From assembly GCA_965220895.1 (NCBI GenBank), contig OZ244850.1, positions 165,656 to 229,655 on the forward strand: a DNA stretch of 64,000 nt. The letters run 5' to 3'. Each line of letters opens with the position of its first letter. The stretch's first letter is position 1. A program made the translations under genes and the position numbers. The DNA comes from Gammaproteobacteria bacterium. Lineage in GTDB: Bacteria > Pseudomonadota > Gammaproteobacteria > UBA4575. The notes under the pieces are model-generated. The model was not told where the DNA came from. It saw only the letters and a list, made by a program, of their open reading frames with translations, and did not search any database. Below are positions 18,323-27,657 of this stretch, piece after piece.

Positions 18323-18559
18323 AACTGTCAATACCGGGGCTCGGTCCCGGTTTGACCTGAGATCCGTTTTTGCATGGGGCGCATTTTTTCAGCTGACACC
18401 GGTCATGCAGGCTTTGCGTATCCGTACTCCCCTTCCTTATCTAACCCCTCTTGCGTTTACCGCTTTCTGCGGGTAATCATTACCCTACGGAAAGTCATTC
18501 CCGGTATTGTGTGGGTTTCGTACAGGGCATGGGGAATTCATATCGATTGGAGAGGAATT

Positions 18560-19987
18560 ATGGAGAACCGGACTCGGTTTTATATTCATGGCGAGTGGGT
18601 CACACCCTCGACGGGCAAGACCTCGGATGTCGTCAATCCTGCAACGGAAGAAGTCATTGGCTGCGTCGCCATGGGCGATCAAGATGATGTAGACCGGGCC
18701 GTAGCTGCTGCAAGATCGGCCTTTGTCTCCTACTCAAAAACGACGCAAAAGGAAAGGATCGAGCTGCTGGAAGAAGTTGTCCATCACTATCGAGCCCGCA
18801 TGGATGAGATGGCGGAGGTGATCAGCGAGGAAATGGGGGCTCCTATGAAACTCGCGAATTCAGATCAGGCTCCCATGGGACTGGATCACCTGGTGATCAC
18901 GCTAGAGGTCTTGCGGGCATTCAAATTCGAGGAAGAGATCGGCTCTTCTCGTGTCATCCGCGAACCCATGGGAGTTTGTGGACTGATCACCCCCTGGAAC
19001 TGGCCGATCAACCAGATCTCTTGCAAAGTCGCGCCTGCCCTTGCGGCAGGTTGCACTATGGTCTTGAAACCTTCCGAAATCGCACCGTTCAACGCGGTTC
19101 TGTTCACTGAAATTCTGGATGTTGCAGGTGTGCCGGCCGGTGTCTTCAATCTTGTAAACGGGAATGGGCCGACCGTTGGTGCGGCACTTTCTTCGCACCC
19201 GGATATTGACATGGTTTCATTTACGGGCTCGACACGGGCCGGAATCCAGGTGGCCCGAAATGCGGCGCCCACAGTGAAACGGGTGGCACAGGAACTGGGG
19301 GGGAAATCTGCCAATATCCTGCTGGACGACACCGACTTTGAGCGAACGGTTGCACGCGATGTCTCACGGCTATGCACAAACTCAGGCCAATCCTGCATTG
19401 CTCCATCGCGGATGCTGGTCCCTCAACAACGGATGAATGAAGCGGCATCTATCGCTGGAAAGGCCGCTGAAAAAATCAAGGTCGGCGATCCGTCCAATAA
19501 GGGCACACGGATGGGTCCTGTGGTCTCCAGGCAGCAGTTTGAACGAATCCAAAGCTTGATCCGCTCGGGCATTGATGAAGGTGCAAACCTGGTGGCGGGC
19601 GGTCTCGGGCGCCCGGATGGCCTGGCTGCAGGCTTTTACGTAAAACCTACCGTGTTTTCCCATGTCAGCAACGACATGCAGATTGCACAGCAGGAAATTT
19701 TCGGGCCCGTACTTTCCATGATCGGCTATACGGACGAAGATGATGCTGTGCGCATCGCCAATGACACAGTATACGGGCTGTCCGGGTATGTCTCCTCGGG
19801 TAATCCAGAACGTGCGCAAGCGGTTGCCCGTCGAATCCGCGCAGGGAACATTTACATCAATGGAGCCTTACCCGACAGCAGGACGCCTTTCGGCGGATAC
19901 AAGCGATCCGGCAATGGTCGTGAATGGGGGCGCTACGGCCTTGAGGAATTTCTCGAGACAAAAGCTGTCGTGGGCTACGGCAGATAA
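18560..19987 (+). CDS. NAD(P)-dependent aldehyde dehydrogenase
   Basis: The start was moved to ATG 18560 (GGAGAGG SD; 'MENRTRFYIHGEWV'). Contains 'FTGSTRAG', 'ELGGKSA' and the catalytic Cys context 'NSGQSCIAPSR'. Confidence 0.88.
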   Translation: MENRTRFYIHGEWVTPSTGKTSDVVNPATEEVIGCVAMGDQDDVDRAVAAARSAFVSYSKTTQKERIELLEEVVHHYRARMDEMAEVISEEMGAPMKLANSDQAPMGLDHLVITLEVLRAFKFEEEIGSSRVIREPMGVCGLITPWNWPINQISCKVAPALAAGCTMVLKPSEIAPFNAVLFTEILDVAGVPAGVFNLVNGNGPTVGAALSSHPDIDMVSFTGSTRAGIQVARNAAPTVKRVAQELGGKSANILLDDTDFERTVARDVSRLCTNSGQSCIAPSRMLVPQQRMNEAASIAGKAAEKIKVGDPSNKGTRMGPVVSRQQFERIQSLIRSGIDEGANLVAGGLGRPDGLAAGFYVKPTVFSHVSNDMQIAQQEIFGPVLSMIGYTDEDDAVRIANDTVYGLSGYVSSGNPERAQAVARRIRAGNIYINGALPDSRTPFGGYKRSGNGREWGRYGLEEFLETKAVVGYGR

Positions 19988-20104
19988 AGCAAGGTATTCG
20001 CAGCGGCGGCCTTGTTCCGCTCGCCAGGGCGGATAGCCGACCCACTGCAAATCATCCCGGGCCTCACCGGTAAACCGCCAACTCGGCGCGGTATCCATAC
20101 AGCC

Positions 20105-21211
20105 TTACAAATTTTCCAATATCGCCCGCCTGACCGAATCCAGTTCTGCATCAATGTTCATGAGCTCGGTACTGCTTTGCCGAATGGCGATATCCGGATC
20201 TTTCAAGCCGTGCCCGGTCAAGGTACAGACCACGGTGCTGCCCTCTGCAATATTGCCGTGCTCGATATCATGCAGGACACCGGTGACAGAGGTTGCAGAT
20301 GCCGGCTCACAAAAAATACCCTCGCGGGTCGTCAGCAGCTTTTGCGTGGCCAGAATTTCTTCATCGGAGAACGCATTGAACCAGCCGCTTGACTCCTTGA
20401 CCGCGACCTGCGCAAGATTCCAGCTTTGGGGATGCCCGATGCGGATGGCCGTGGCAACCGTTTCGGGTTTTTCAACAGGCTTGCCTGCAATAAAAGGCGC
20501 CGCCCCCGCTGCCTGATAGCCCAGCATCCTCGGCCTTGATGTCCGTCCGGATGCGGTGACCGCCTGTTTACCCTGGTTGTGAACGTCTGCAGCAAGTTCG
20601 CTGTAGCCCATCCAGTAGGCTGAAATATTGCCGGCATTGCCGACCGGGATGCAGTGGAAATCCGGTGCACAGCCCAGCGCCTCGACAATTTCATAAGCGG
20701 CTGTCTTCTGGCCCTGCAAGCGGTACGGGTTGATCGAATTGACAATATTGACCGGCGCGGTTTCAGCGACTTCCTTCACCAGGCGCATGCCGTCATCGAA
20801 ATTGCCACGGATCTGCAAGATGATGGCTCCATGCATCATCGCCTGTGCAAGTTTGCCCATGGCGATGTTGCCTTCCGGTATCAGCACAAATGCCTTGATC
20901 CCCGCCCTTGCAGCATAGGCTGCCGCCGATGCCGAGGTATTTCCGGTGGAGGCACAAAGAATGGCCTGGCTGCCCTCGTGAACCGCCTGGCTGACCGCCA
21001 CCGTCATGCCCCGGTCCTTGAATGAACCGGTGGGATTCAGTCCCTCATACTTGAGATACAGCTTGATCCCCTTGCGGTTGGCCTGCTCGAGGTTGTGACA
21101 CAGGATCAGCGGGGTATCTCCTTCGCAAAGACTGACCGCTCGACTGTCCTCGGCAAGGGGCAATATGGAACGGTATCGGTCAATCAGCCCAGTGTAGTGT
21201 TTCTTGTCCAT
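20105..21211 (-). CDS. thrC: threonine synthase
   Basis: 368 aa with the PLP Lys motif '[11 protein letters not shown]'. It lies downstream of hom. Confidence 0.92.
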   Translation of the reverse strand: MDKKHYTGLIDRYRSILPLAEDSRAVSLCEGDTPLILCHNLEQANRKGIKLYLKYEGLNPTGSFKDRGMTVAVSQAVHEGSQAILCASTGNTSASAAAYAARAGIKAFVLIPEGNIAMGKLAQAMMHGAIILQIRGNFDDGMRLVKEVAETAPVNIVNSINPYRLQGQKTAAYEIVEALGCAPDFHCIPVGNAGNISAYWMGYSELAADVHNQGKQAVTASGRTSRPRMLGYQAAGAAPFIAGKPVEKPETVATAIRIGHPQSWNLAQVAVKESSGWFNAFSDEEILATQKLLTTREGIFCEPASATSVTGVLHDIEHGNIAEGSTVVCTLTGHGLKDPDIAIRQSSTELMNIDAELDSVRRAILENL

Positions 21212-21225
21212 ATTGCACCCGAAAT

Positions 21226-22539
21226 TCAGGAGAGCGTTTCCAGGCGAATACGCATGACGCTACCGGTCACCGTTTCAAGCTCTTCGATCTCGGAGATTGC
21301 ACACTTCATGTTTTGCTCGTTCACCTGGTGCGTGAGAATCACGACGGGCACACTGGCAAGATCGGACTGGGGCTCCTTCTGGATGATGGCTTCGATGCTG
21401 ATCGTGTGCACTGCGAATATGCGGGTGACATCGGCCAGCACGCCGGGGCGGTCCAGCACGTGAATGCGCAGGTAATAGGCCGTGGAAACCTCGTCCATGG
21501 AAAGTACCGGGATATCGGACAAGGCATCCGGCTGGAATGCCAGGTGCGGCACGCGGTTCTCGGGATCCGAGGTGAGTGCCCGAACCACATCCACCAGATC
21601 CGCCACGACGGCGGACCCGGTCGGCTCGGCGCCTGCGCCTGGACCATAGTACAGACTGGCCCCCAGGGCATCTGCCTTGACCACCACGGCATTCATCACA
21701 CCGTCCACGTTGGCGATCAGGCGCCGCTGCGGGATCAGGGCCGGATGCACACGCAGTTCAAGACCCCGGGCCGTGCGCCTTGCGATGCCCAGGTGCTTGA
21801 TCCGGTAGCCGAGTTCGGCAGCATAGGAAACATCCTTGCTGGTGATCTCGGCGATCCCTTCGGTGTAGACCTTTTCCAATTGCAGTGGCACACCGAATGC
21901 GACCGAGGCCAGGATCGTGAGCTTGTGCGCGGCATCGGTGCCCTGGATGTCGAAAGTCGGGTCGGCCTCGGCATACCCCAGCCGCTGTGCATCTTTGAGC
22001 GCGGCATCGAAATCCCTGCCCCGGTCTCCCATTTCGGTCAGTATGAAATTGCCGGTGCCGTTGATGATCCCGGCCAGCCATTCGATGGAATTGGCGGCGA
22101 GCCCCTCACGCAGTGCCTTGATGATGGGGATTCCGCCGGCCACGGCTGCTTCGAATGTGACGGACACTCCTTTCTCCTGTGCACGCTGAAAAATTTCATT
22201 TCCATGGTATGCAATCAGCGCCTTGTTTGCCGTCACCACATGCTTGCCATGCTCAATGGCCTTGAGCACCAACTCCCGGGCCTTCTCCGTACCGCCCATC
22301 AACTCCAGCACGATGTCTATATCCGGATTGCAGACCACCTGGTTTGCATCCTGGGTCAGGGTTACAGCGGCGATGTCACAGGCACGCGGCCTTTCCACAT
22401 CACGTACACATGCCACGGAAATCTGGATACCACGGCCTGCCCGGCGTGCAATTTCATCGGCATTGCGCGACAGGATACTTGCAGCCCCGCTGCCTACCGT
22501 ACCCAGGCCCAGTACACCAACTTTTACAGCTTCCAGCAC
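21226..22539 (-). CDS. hom: homoserine dehydrogenase
   Basis: 437 aa. Contains '[14 protein letters not shown]' (Rossmann fold) and a C-terminal ACT domain. Confidence 0.92.
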   Translation of the reverse strand: MLEAVKVGVLGLGTVGSGAASILSRNADEIARRAGRGIQISVACVRDVERPRACDIAAVTLTQDANQVVCNPDIDIVLELMGGTEKARELVLKAIEHGKHVVTANKALIAYHGNEIFQRAQEKGVSVTFEAAVAGGIPIIKALREGLAANSIEWLAGIINGTGNFILTEMGDRGRDFDAALKDAQRLGYAEADPTFDIQGTDAAHKLTILASVAFGVPLQLEKVYTEGIAEITSKDVSYAAELGYRIKHLGIARRTARGLELRVHPALIPQRRLIANVDGVMNAVVVKADALGASLYYGPGAGAEPTGSAVVADLVDVVRALTSDPENRVPHLAFQPDALSDIPVLSMDEVSTAYYLRIHVLDRPGVLADVTRIFAVHTISIEAIIQKEPQSDLASVPVVILTHQVNEQNMKCAISEIEELETVTGSVMRIRLETLS

Positions 22540-22554
22540 GTTCTCATTTCCACT

Positions 22555-23730
22555 TCAAGTAATTTTCAGCATCTTGCGAATGCTTCGTACAGCTTGCCGG
22601 GTCCGATGCTCGTTTTCAATCAGGCTAAAGCGTACGTGAGCATCGCCGTACTGACCGAACCCGATCCCCGGTGATACGGCCACATGAGCCTCCTCCAGCA
22701 TTCTTTTGGAGAACTCCAGTGAGCCTTCCTCGCGATAAGGTTCGGGAATCTCCGCCCAGACAAACATGGTCGCCTGCGGCTTCCTGACGGCCCACCCTGC
22801 ACTTTCCAGACCTTCGCACAATACGTCACGCCGGCTCCTGTACGTCGAACGAACCTGCTCGATCACTTCCGGAGGGCTGTCCAGCGCAGCGATCGACGCC
22901 ACCTGTATCGGCGTGAATATGCCGTAATCGACATAGGACTTCAGCCTCGACAAAGCAGCGACCAGGGCCGGATTGCCGCACATGAAACCGACCCGCCAGC
23001 CTGGCATGTTATACGTCTTGGACAAGGAATAAAATTCGACGGCGATTTCCTTCGCACCCGGCACCTGCAGTATGGAAGGTGCCTCGTAACCATCGAACGT
23101 GATTTCCGCATAGGCGATGTCGTTCACCACCCACATGGCGTGCTCCCTTGCCACGGCCACGACCTTTTCGAGAAACGGCAAGTTCACGCATTGTGTCGTG
23201 GGGTTGCACGGAAAATTGAGAATCAGCATTTTCGGACGCGGCCACGAGTCCCGGATGGCTTTTTCCAGTTCGCCAAAAAAATCCTCGTCCTCGGCCAGCC
23301 GTACGTAGATGATATCCGCGCCCGCGATCACACAGCCATACGGGTGAATCGGATAGGCGGGGTTGGGCACCAGCACGGCATCCCCCGGGCCCAGCGTGGC
23401 CAGGGCCAGATGAGCCAGACCTTCCTTTGAACCGATGGTGACGATCGTTTCGGTCTCGGGATCGATTTCGACATCGAATTTGCGCCGGTACCAGTTCGCC
23501 ACCGCCAGGCGCAATTTGGGGATTCCTCGGGACAGCGAATACCGGTGCGTGTCTTCCCTGAGTGCGACTTCGGCAAGCTTTTCCGGGATGTGCCGGGGCG
23601 GGGGCTGGTCCGGGTTGCCCATGCCGAAATCCACGATGTCCACGCCGCGGGACCGGGCATCGGATTTCAGCTCGTTTACGATCGTGAATACGTAAGGGGG
23701 GAGACGGGAAATTCTTGCAAAGTCTTCCAT
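22555..23730 (-). CDS. class I/II PLP-dependent aminotransferase (AlaC/aspartate aminotransferase-like)
   Basis: 391 aa. Contains '[14 protein letters not shown]...[11 protein letters not shown]' and '[15 protein letters not shown]' (PLP Lys). It sits in the conserved position upstream of hom-thrC. Confidence 0.85.
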   Translation of the reverse strand: MEDFARISRLPPYVFTIVNELKSDARSRGVDIVDFGMGNPDQPPPRHIPEKLAEVALREDTHRYSLSRGIPKLRLAVANWYRRKFDVEIDPETETIVTIGSKEGLAHLALATLGPGDAVLVPNPAYPIHPYGCVIAGADIIYVRLAEDEDFFGELEKAIRDSWPRPKMLILNFPCNPTTQCVNLPFLEKVVAVAREHAMWVVNDIAYAEITFDGYEAPSILQVPGAKEIAVEFYSLSKTYNMPGWRVGFMCGNPALVAALSRLKSYVDYGIFTPIQVASIAALDSPPEVIEQVRSTYRSRRDVLCEGLESAGWAVRKPQATMFVWAEIPEPYREEGSLEFSKRMLEEAHVAVSPGIGFGQYGDAHVRFSLIENEHRTRQAVRSIRKMLKIT

Positions 23731-23809
23731 AGACAGATCATCCTAACCTGAACCGCGTATAATACGTGATTCAATATTTGCTGCCTATGCCCGACCCCTT
23801 GCTGCGCTG

Positions 23810-24196
23810 ATGGACCTGACTCAGGATTTCGCTGACTCAAGCTTTGTGATCACCGGCTATCAAGCAGGGCGCGTGCTGATCAACAACGAACCCTACTCCG
23901 AAAGTCTCATTGTCTCCCCGGAACGATTGATCACGGCGTGGGAGGTCACCAGTATCCGGCAACTGGACAAGGATCGCTGCTCGGCCATCCTTGAACTGCA
24001 ACCGGAAATCGTTCTGCTGGGCTCAGATGAACCGGGAAGGTTCCCCGACGGGGAAATGATTGCGTGGTTCTCGCAGCAGAAAATCGGCCTGGAGTGCATG
24101 AACCTGACTGCGGCCTGCAGGACCTACGGAATCCTGGTCTCGGAAGGTCGCAGGGTCGTCGCAGCCCTTATTCTCCCCCGACTGAAATACTCATAA
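23810..24196 (+). CDS. Mth938-like (DUF498) domain protein
   Basis: 128 aa. 'ITGYQAGRVLINNEPYSESLIVSP...EIVLLG' resembles the Mth938/NDUFAF3-like family. Confidence 0.6.
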   Translation: MDLTQDFADSSFVITGYQAGRVLINNEPYSESLIVSPERLITAWEVTSIRQLDKDRCSAILELQPEIVLLGSDEPGRFPDGEMIAWFSQQKIGLECMNLTAACRTYGILVSEGRRVVAALILPRLKYS

Positions 24197-24937
24197 TTTG
24201 GGCAGGTAACGAAGCGGGTCGACCGGCTTGCCATGCCGGCGAATTTCAAAATGCAGCCGGGGAGAGCGTGCCCCCGTACCGCCCAGCTCGGCAATTTTTT
24301 GTCCGCGGGTCACCGAGCGTCCTTCCTGTACCAACAGCCTGCGATTGTGCGCGTAAGCACTCAGGTACTGGTCGCTGTGCTTGACAATGATAAGGTTGCC
24401 GTACCCCGGCAGTCCATCGCCGCTGTACACCACTTTTCCCGAGGATGCGGCCAGGATCGGCTGCCCGGGCTTGCCTGCAATGTCAATTCCCTTGTTACCC
24501 CCGCCCTTGGCAGAATATTTCTGGATGAGCTTTCCGCGCACCGGCCAGACCCAGGTATGCCTCACCGTCCGGGTCGCCTTGGGCTGCTTGGCGGTTGCCG
24601 TCTTTTTCCTGGTCGCAGGAGGCGGCTGTTTCGTGCTCACCCTCTTCTTGGCAGCCGTTGCAGTCTGCGTTCGGGTACCCAGGGGGATCTTGGGGCCTTT
24701 CAGTTGCAGGCGCTGGCCCGGGTAGATCGTGTAGGGCTTGGCGATGCGGTTCCATGCCGCGAGCTCGCGGTAGTCCAGGCCGTGCTGGTAGGCGATCGAG
24801 TACAGGGTCTCGCCCTTCAGCACCTTGTGGTCATCCTGGACGTACTTGTAGTAGATCGGCATTTCCGGATACGGGGCACAGCCTGCCAGCAGGGAGAAAA
24901 AAATTCCTGCGACGACCAGTCGTAGGCAAGCAGCCAT
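24191..24937 (-). CDS. nlpD: LysM + M23 peptidase-domain lipoprotein (NlpD-like)
   Basis: Has a lipobox 'LLAGC', a LysM domain ('HKVLKGETLYSIAYQHGLDYRELAAWN') and a C-terminal M23 domain ('GIDIAG...VKHSDQYLSAYAHN...LHFEIR'). Confidence 0.85.
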   Translation of the reverse strand: MAACLRLVVAGIFFSLLAGCAPYPEMPIYYKYVQDDHKVLKGETLYSIAYQHGLDYRELAAWNRIAKPYTIYPGQRLQLKGPKIPLGTRTQTATAAKKRVSTKQPPPATRKKTATAKQPKATRTVRHTWVWPVRGKLIQKYSAKGGGNKGIDIAGKPGQPILAASSGKVVYSGDGLPGYGNLIIVKHSDQYLSAYAHNRRLLVQEGRSVTRGQKIAELGGTGARSPRLHFEIRRHGKPVDPLRYLPKL

Positions 24938-25518
24938 CAGAAGTATCCGAAATAAACGAGAGCGATCGCCAGCGCGATAACGGTAGCCCAGCCGATCCTC
25001 TCCACGTATTTCCGGACCCAGGGTTCAAGTCTGGGACCCGCGTACCTGAGCAGTCCTGCGACCAGGAAAAAACGCGCGCCCCTGCCGATGAACGAGGCCA
25101 GCACGAACGGAAGTATGGCCAGGGAAAGCAGGCCTGCGGTGACGGTGAAAAGCTTGTAGGGGATGGGAGAGAACCCGGTGACCACGATGACCCATACCCC
25201 CCATTCCCCGAACCAGGCCCGCGTCGTTTCAAATTCCGGCCAGTAGGAGGAGGCCCGCAGCCAGGGTTCAATGTACTCGAAGGCAAACGCCCCGATGAAA
25301 TAGCCCAGCACCCCGCCCGCAACGGAAGTGACCGTGGTGAGGGATGCAAACCACCAGGCTCGGGCGGGTCTTGCCGCGGTCATCGGGATCAGCAGCACAT
25401 CCGGCGGTACCGGGAAAAAAAAGGACTCCGCAAAACTCAGTCCCCCCAGGTAGTATCCGGCACGGGGATGGCCGGCCCAGGTCATGATGCTTGCGTAGAA
25501 CCGGGTGAACAATTTCAT
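24937..25518 (-). CDS. YqaA-like (DedA/VTT-domain) inner-membrane protein
   Basis: 193 aa and polytopic. Contains 'ESFFFPVPPDVLLIPM'. Its stop overlaps the nlpD ATG by 1 nt (TGATG). Confidence 0.7.
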   Translation of the reverse strand: MKLFTRFYASIMTWAGHPRAGYYLGGLSFAESFFFPVPPDVLLIPMTAARPARAWWFASLTTVTSVAGGVLGYFIGAFAFEYIEPWLRASSYWPEFETTRAWFGEWGVWVIVVTGFSPIPYKLFTVTAGLLSLAILPFVLASFIGRGARFFLVAGLLRYAGPRLEPWVRKYVERIGWATVIALAIALVYFGYF

Positions 25519-25527
25519 TGCAGACCG

Positions 25528-26169
25528 CTATGTATACACGTTTCCCTGCACGAGTGGTACGAAACTGACACTGCCCAGGCTTTCCTGCTCCACACGGTTT
25601 CCCGTCTTGCGCAACAGCAGGAGATTCTGTGCTCCCGAGGGCTCGCCCACCGGTATGACCAGGCGACCGTTGTCCGCCAGCTGATCCACCAGGGCCGCCG
25701 GGATCTCGTCCGGGGCCGCAGTCACCACCACGGCATCATAGGGTGCATAGCTCTCCCAGCCCCACGAGCCGTCGGACAGCTTGAACCGTATATTGCGCAA
25801 GTCAAGCTGCATCGCGCGCTTGCGTGCCTGCTGGTAAAGCGCCTCGATGCGCTCAACGGTATACACCTGTTCCGCCAGTCCAGACAGTACGGCGGCCTGG
25901 TACCCGGACCCGGTGCCAACCTCCAGCACCTTTTCCAGTGCACCCCCCTGCAAGACGGCTTCGGTCATGCAGGCCACGACATACGGTTGCGAGATGGTCT
26001 GCCGGTGGCCGATCGGCAAGGCCGTGTCCTCATAGGCGCGCGACGCCAGGGCCTCATCGACAAACAGGTGCCTGGGGGTCGCGCGCAGGGCATGAAGGAC
26101 CTGCCGGTTGCGGATACCGCGGTCTCGCAGACGTGAAATCAGGCGGTCTCTGGTGCGCTGCGAAGTCAT
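25528..26169 (-). CDS. pcm: protein-L-isoaspartate O-methyltransferase
   Basis: The start was moved to ATG 26169 ('[14 protein letters not shown]'). Contains 'TISQPYVVA' and the SAM motif '[15 protein letters not shown]'. Confidence 0.88.
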   Translation of the reverse strand: MTSQRTRDRLISRLRDRGIRNRQVLHALRATPRHLFVDEALASRAYEDTALPIGHRQTISQPYVVACMTEAVLQGGALEKVLEVGTGSGYQAAVLSGLAEQVYTVERIEALYQQARKRAMQLDLRNIRFKLSDGSWGWESYAPYDAVVVTAAPDEIPAALVDQLADNGRLVIPVGEPSGAQNLLLLRKTGNRVEQESLGSVSFVPLVQGNVYT

Positions 26170-26221
26170 GCCGATACCTTCGTGCGGGTTCGATTTCAGG
26201 GTCACTGCAAAATTTTTCCGG

Positions 26222-26977
26222 TCAGGTGAACTTGCACGCAGAGACCCACTGCGCAATCGGCTGCATGGCCTTGTAGTGGGTGAGGTCAAGATGCAGAGGG
26301 GTTACCGAGACGTAGCCGTTGCGGATGGCATGAAAGTCCGTGCCGGGGCCTGCATCCTGTTCGGGACCGGCGGCACCGACCCAGTAGATCGTATCGCCGC
26401 GCGGGTCGGCAGACTCGATGACCGGTTCCGCCTTGTGCCGGCTGCCCAGCCGGGTGGTGTCCATGCCCTTGATGGCCTGCATCGGCAGGTCAGGGATGTT
26501 GACATTGATGATCAGGTCCTGAGGCAACTGCTGTACGGTCAGCTTGGAGATGATTTCATGGCTGACCCGGGCACAGGCCTGCAGGTCGTTCGGGCGGTGG
26601 GAATTCACGGAAATGGCCACGGCCGGCAGCCCGAGGAACCGGCCTTCCATGGCGGCAGCCACCGTACCCGAGTAGATCACGTCGTCGCCGAGGTTGGCTC
26701 CCAGGTTGATGCCTGCAATCACGATGTCCGGCTCATCCCTGATCAGGCCGGTGATTGCGAGGTGTACGCAGTCGGTCGGCGTGCCGTCCACGCTGTACCA
26801 GTTCTCGGCAATGCAATGAGCACGAATCGGTGCGTCCAGCGTCAGGGAATTGCTGGAGGCGCTGTGGTCCCGGCTGGGTGCGACCACGGTAATTTTTCCC
26901 AAGGGAGAAAGCGCTTCGGCCAGCGCCTTGAGTCCCTCGGACCGAATTCCGTCGTCATTGCTGAGTAATAGATGCAT
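26222..26977 (-). CDS. surE: 5'/3'-nucleotidase SurE
   Basis: The start was moved to ATG 26977, giving the canonical '[16 protein letters not shown]'. Confidence 0.9.
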   Translation of the reverse strand: MHLLLSNDDGIRSEGLKALAEALSPLGKITVVAPSRDHSASSNSLTLDAPIRAHCIAENWYSVDGTPTDCVHLAITGLIRDEPDIVIAGINLGANLGDDVIYSGTVAAAMEGRFLGLPAVAISVNSHRPNDLQACARVSHEIISKLTVQQLPQDLIINVNIPDLPMQAIKGMDTTRLGSRHKAEPVIESADPRGDTIYWVGAAGPEQDAGPGTDFHAIRNGYVSVTPLHLDLTHYKAMQPIAQWVSACKFT

Positions 26978-27072
26978 TTCTGCTACTGAAATCTGCTGCT
27001 GCGGGAAGTAGAATTGAGCAAGCGCCCGGTCAGGAATCGTAGCAAAATAATACACCGAAATGGAATGCAAAC

Positions 27073-27624
27073 ATGTCAGAGCAAGGAAGTGGTTCAGGTA
27101 GGAAAGCACGCTTTGCAGACCTGGTAAAGGGCGTCAGGCCCCTGCACTCGGACCACTCAAACCGCACCGAAGACACTCCGCCCAAGCCAAGTACCCTGCC
27201 CCAGGAAACCATGAAGGACCAGGGCCGTGTCCTGGAAGAGTCCCTGGACGCCAGCCTGGAGTTCGAAGACATGCAGCCCGGAGACAGCCTGGCCTTTCGC
27301 GACGACAGGATCCGGAAAAATACCTTCAGAAAGCTCAAGAAGGGGCAATACAGTATCGGTGCGGAACTCGACCTGCATGGCTTGACCATTGCCGAAGCCC
27401 AACTTGCACTGGTGGATTTCATCAAGATATCACGCGAAAAAAACATTCGCTGCGTCCAGATCATCCATGGCAAGGGCCACGGCTCGAGCAACCAGGGGCC
27501 CAAACTGAAACCCATGGTCAACCGGTGGCTGCAAAAAAGGGAGGAGATACTGGCCTTTTGCTCGGCACGACCGGTCGATGGAGGTACCGGAGCCGTGTAC
27601 GTGTTGCTCAAGTCCCTGAGCTGA
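27073..27624 (+). CDS. Smr-domain protein (SmrB/YfcN-like endonuclease)
   Basis: 183 aa. The C-terminal 'ELDLHGLTIAEAQLALVDFI...IRCVQIIHGKGHGS' is a Smr domain. Confidence 0.75.
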   Translation: MSEQGSGSGRKARFADLVKGVRPLHSDHSNRTEDTPPKPSTLPQETMKDQGRVLEESLDASLEFEDMQPGDSLAFRDDRIRKNTFRKLKKGQYSIGAELDLHGLTIAEAQLALVDFIKISREKNIRCVQIIHGKGHGSSNQGPKLKPMVNRWLQKREEILAFCSARPVDGGTGAVYVLLKSLS

Positions 27625-27657
27625 CACCCGCTCGCTTGCCGCAGGGTCACTGACCTA

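Noticed and set aside
18374-18559. 62-codon N-terminal extension of the aldehyde dehydrogenase ORF. Analogous upstream extensions occur for surE (26978-27109), pcm (26170-26289), moeA (30135-30308), nagZ, ccmG, the LolA-like gene (6338-6424) and tnpB (57535-57573).
   Set aside because: Internal ATG starts give canonical N-termini or signal peptides, often with an SD. The extensions overlap neighbouring genes or intergenic regulatory DNA.
21313-22674. 453-aa plus-strand ORF antisense to hom. Similar long shadow ORFs are 1996-3018 (-) opposite trxB, 24595-26136 (+) opposite yqaA/pcm, and 27030-28157 (-). Others are 40149-41348 (+) opposite ccmB/ccmC, 53600-54925 (+) opposite sdhA, 59260-60321 (+) opposite lysS, 42058-42963 (-) opposite mfd, and 62973-63734 (-).
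   Set aside because: Each lies exactly opposite a gene with unmistakable conserved motifs. Their translations are low-complexity and rich in Arg, Gly, His, Pro and Gln, with no recognisable motifs. Long stop-free antisense frames are expected in GC-rich coding DNA.
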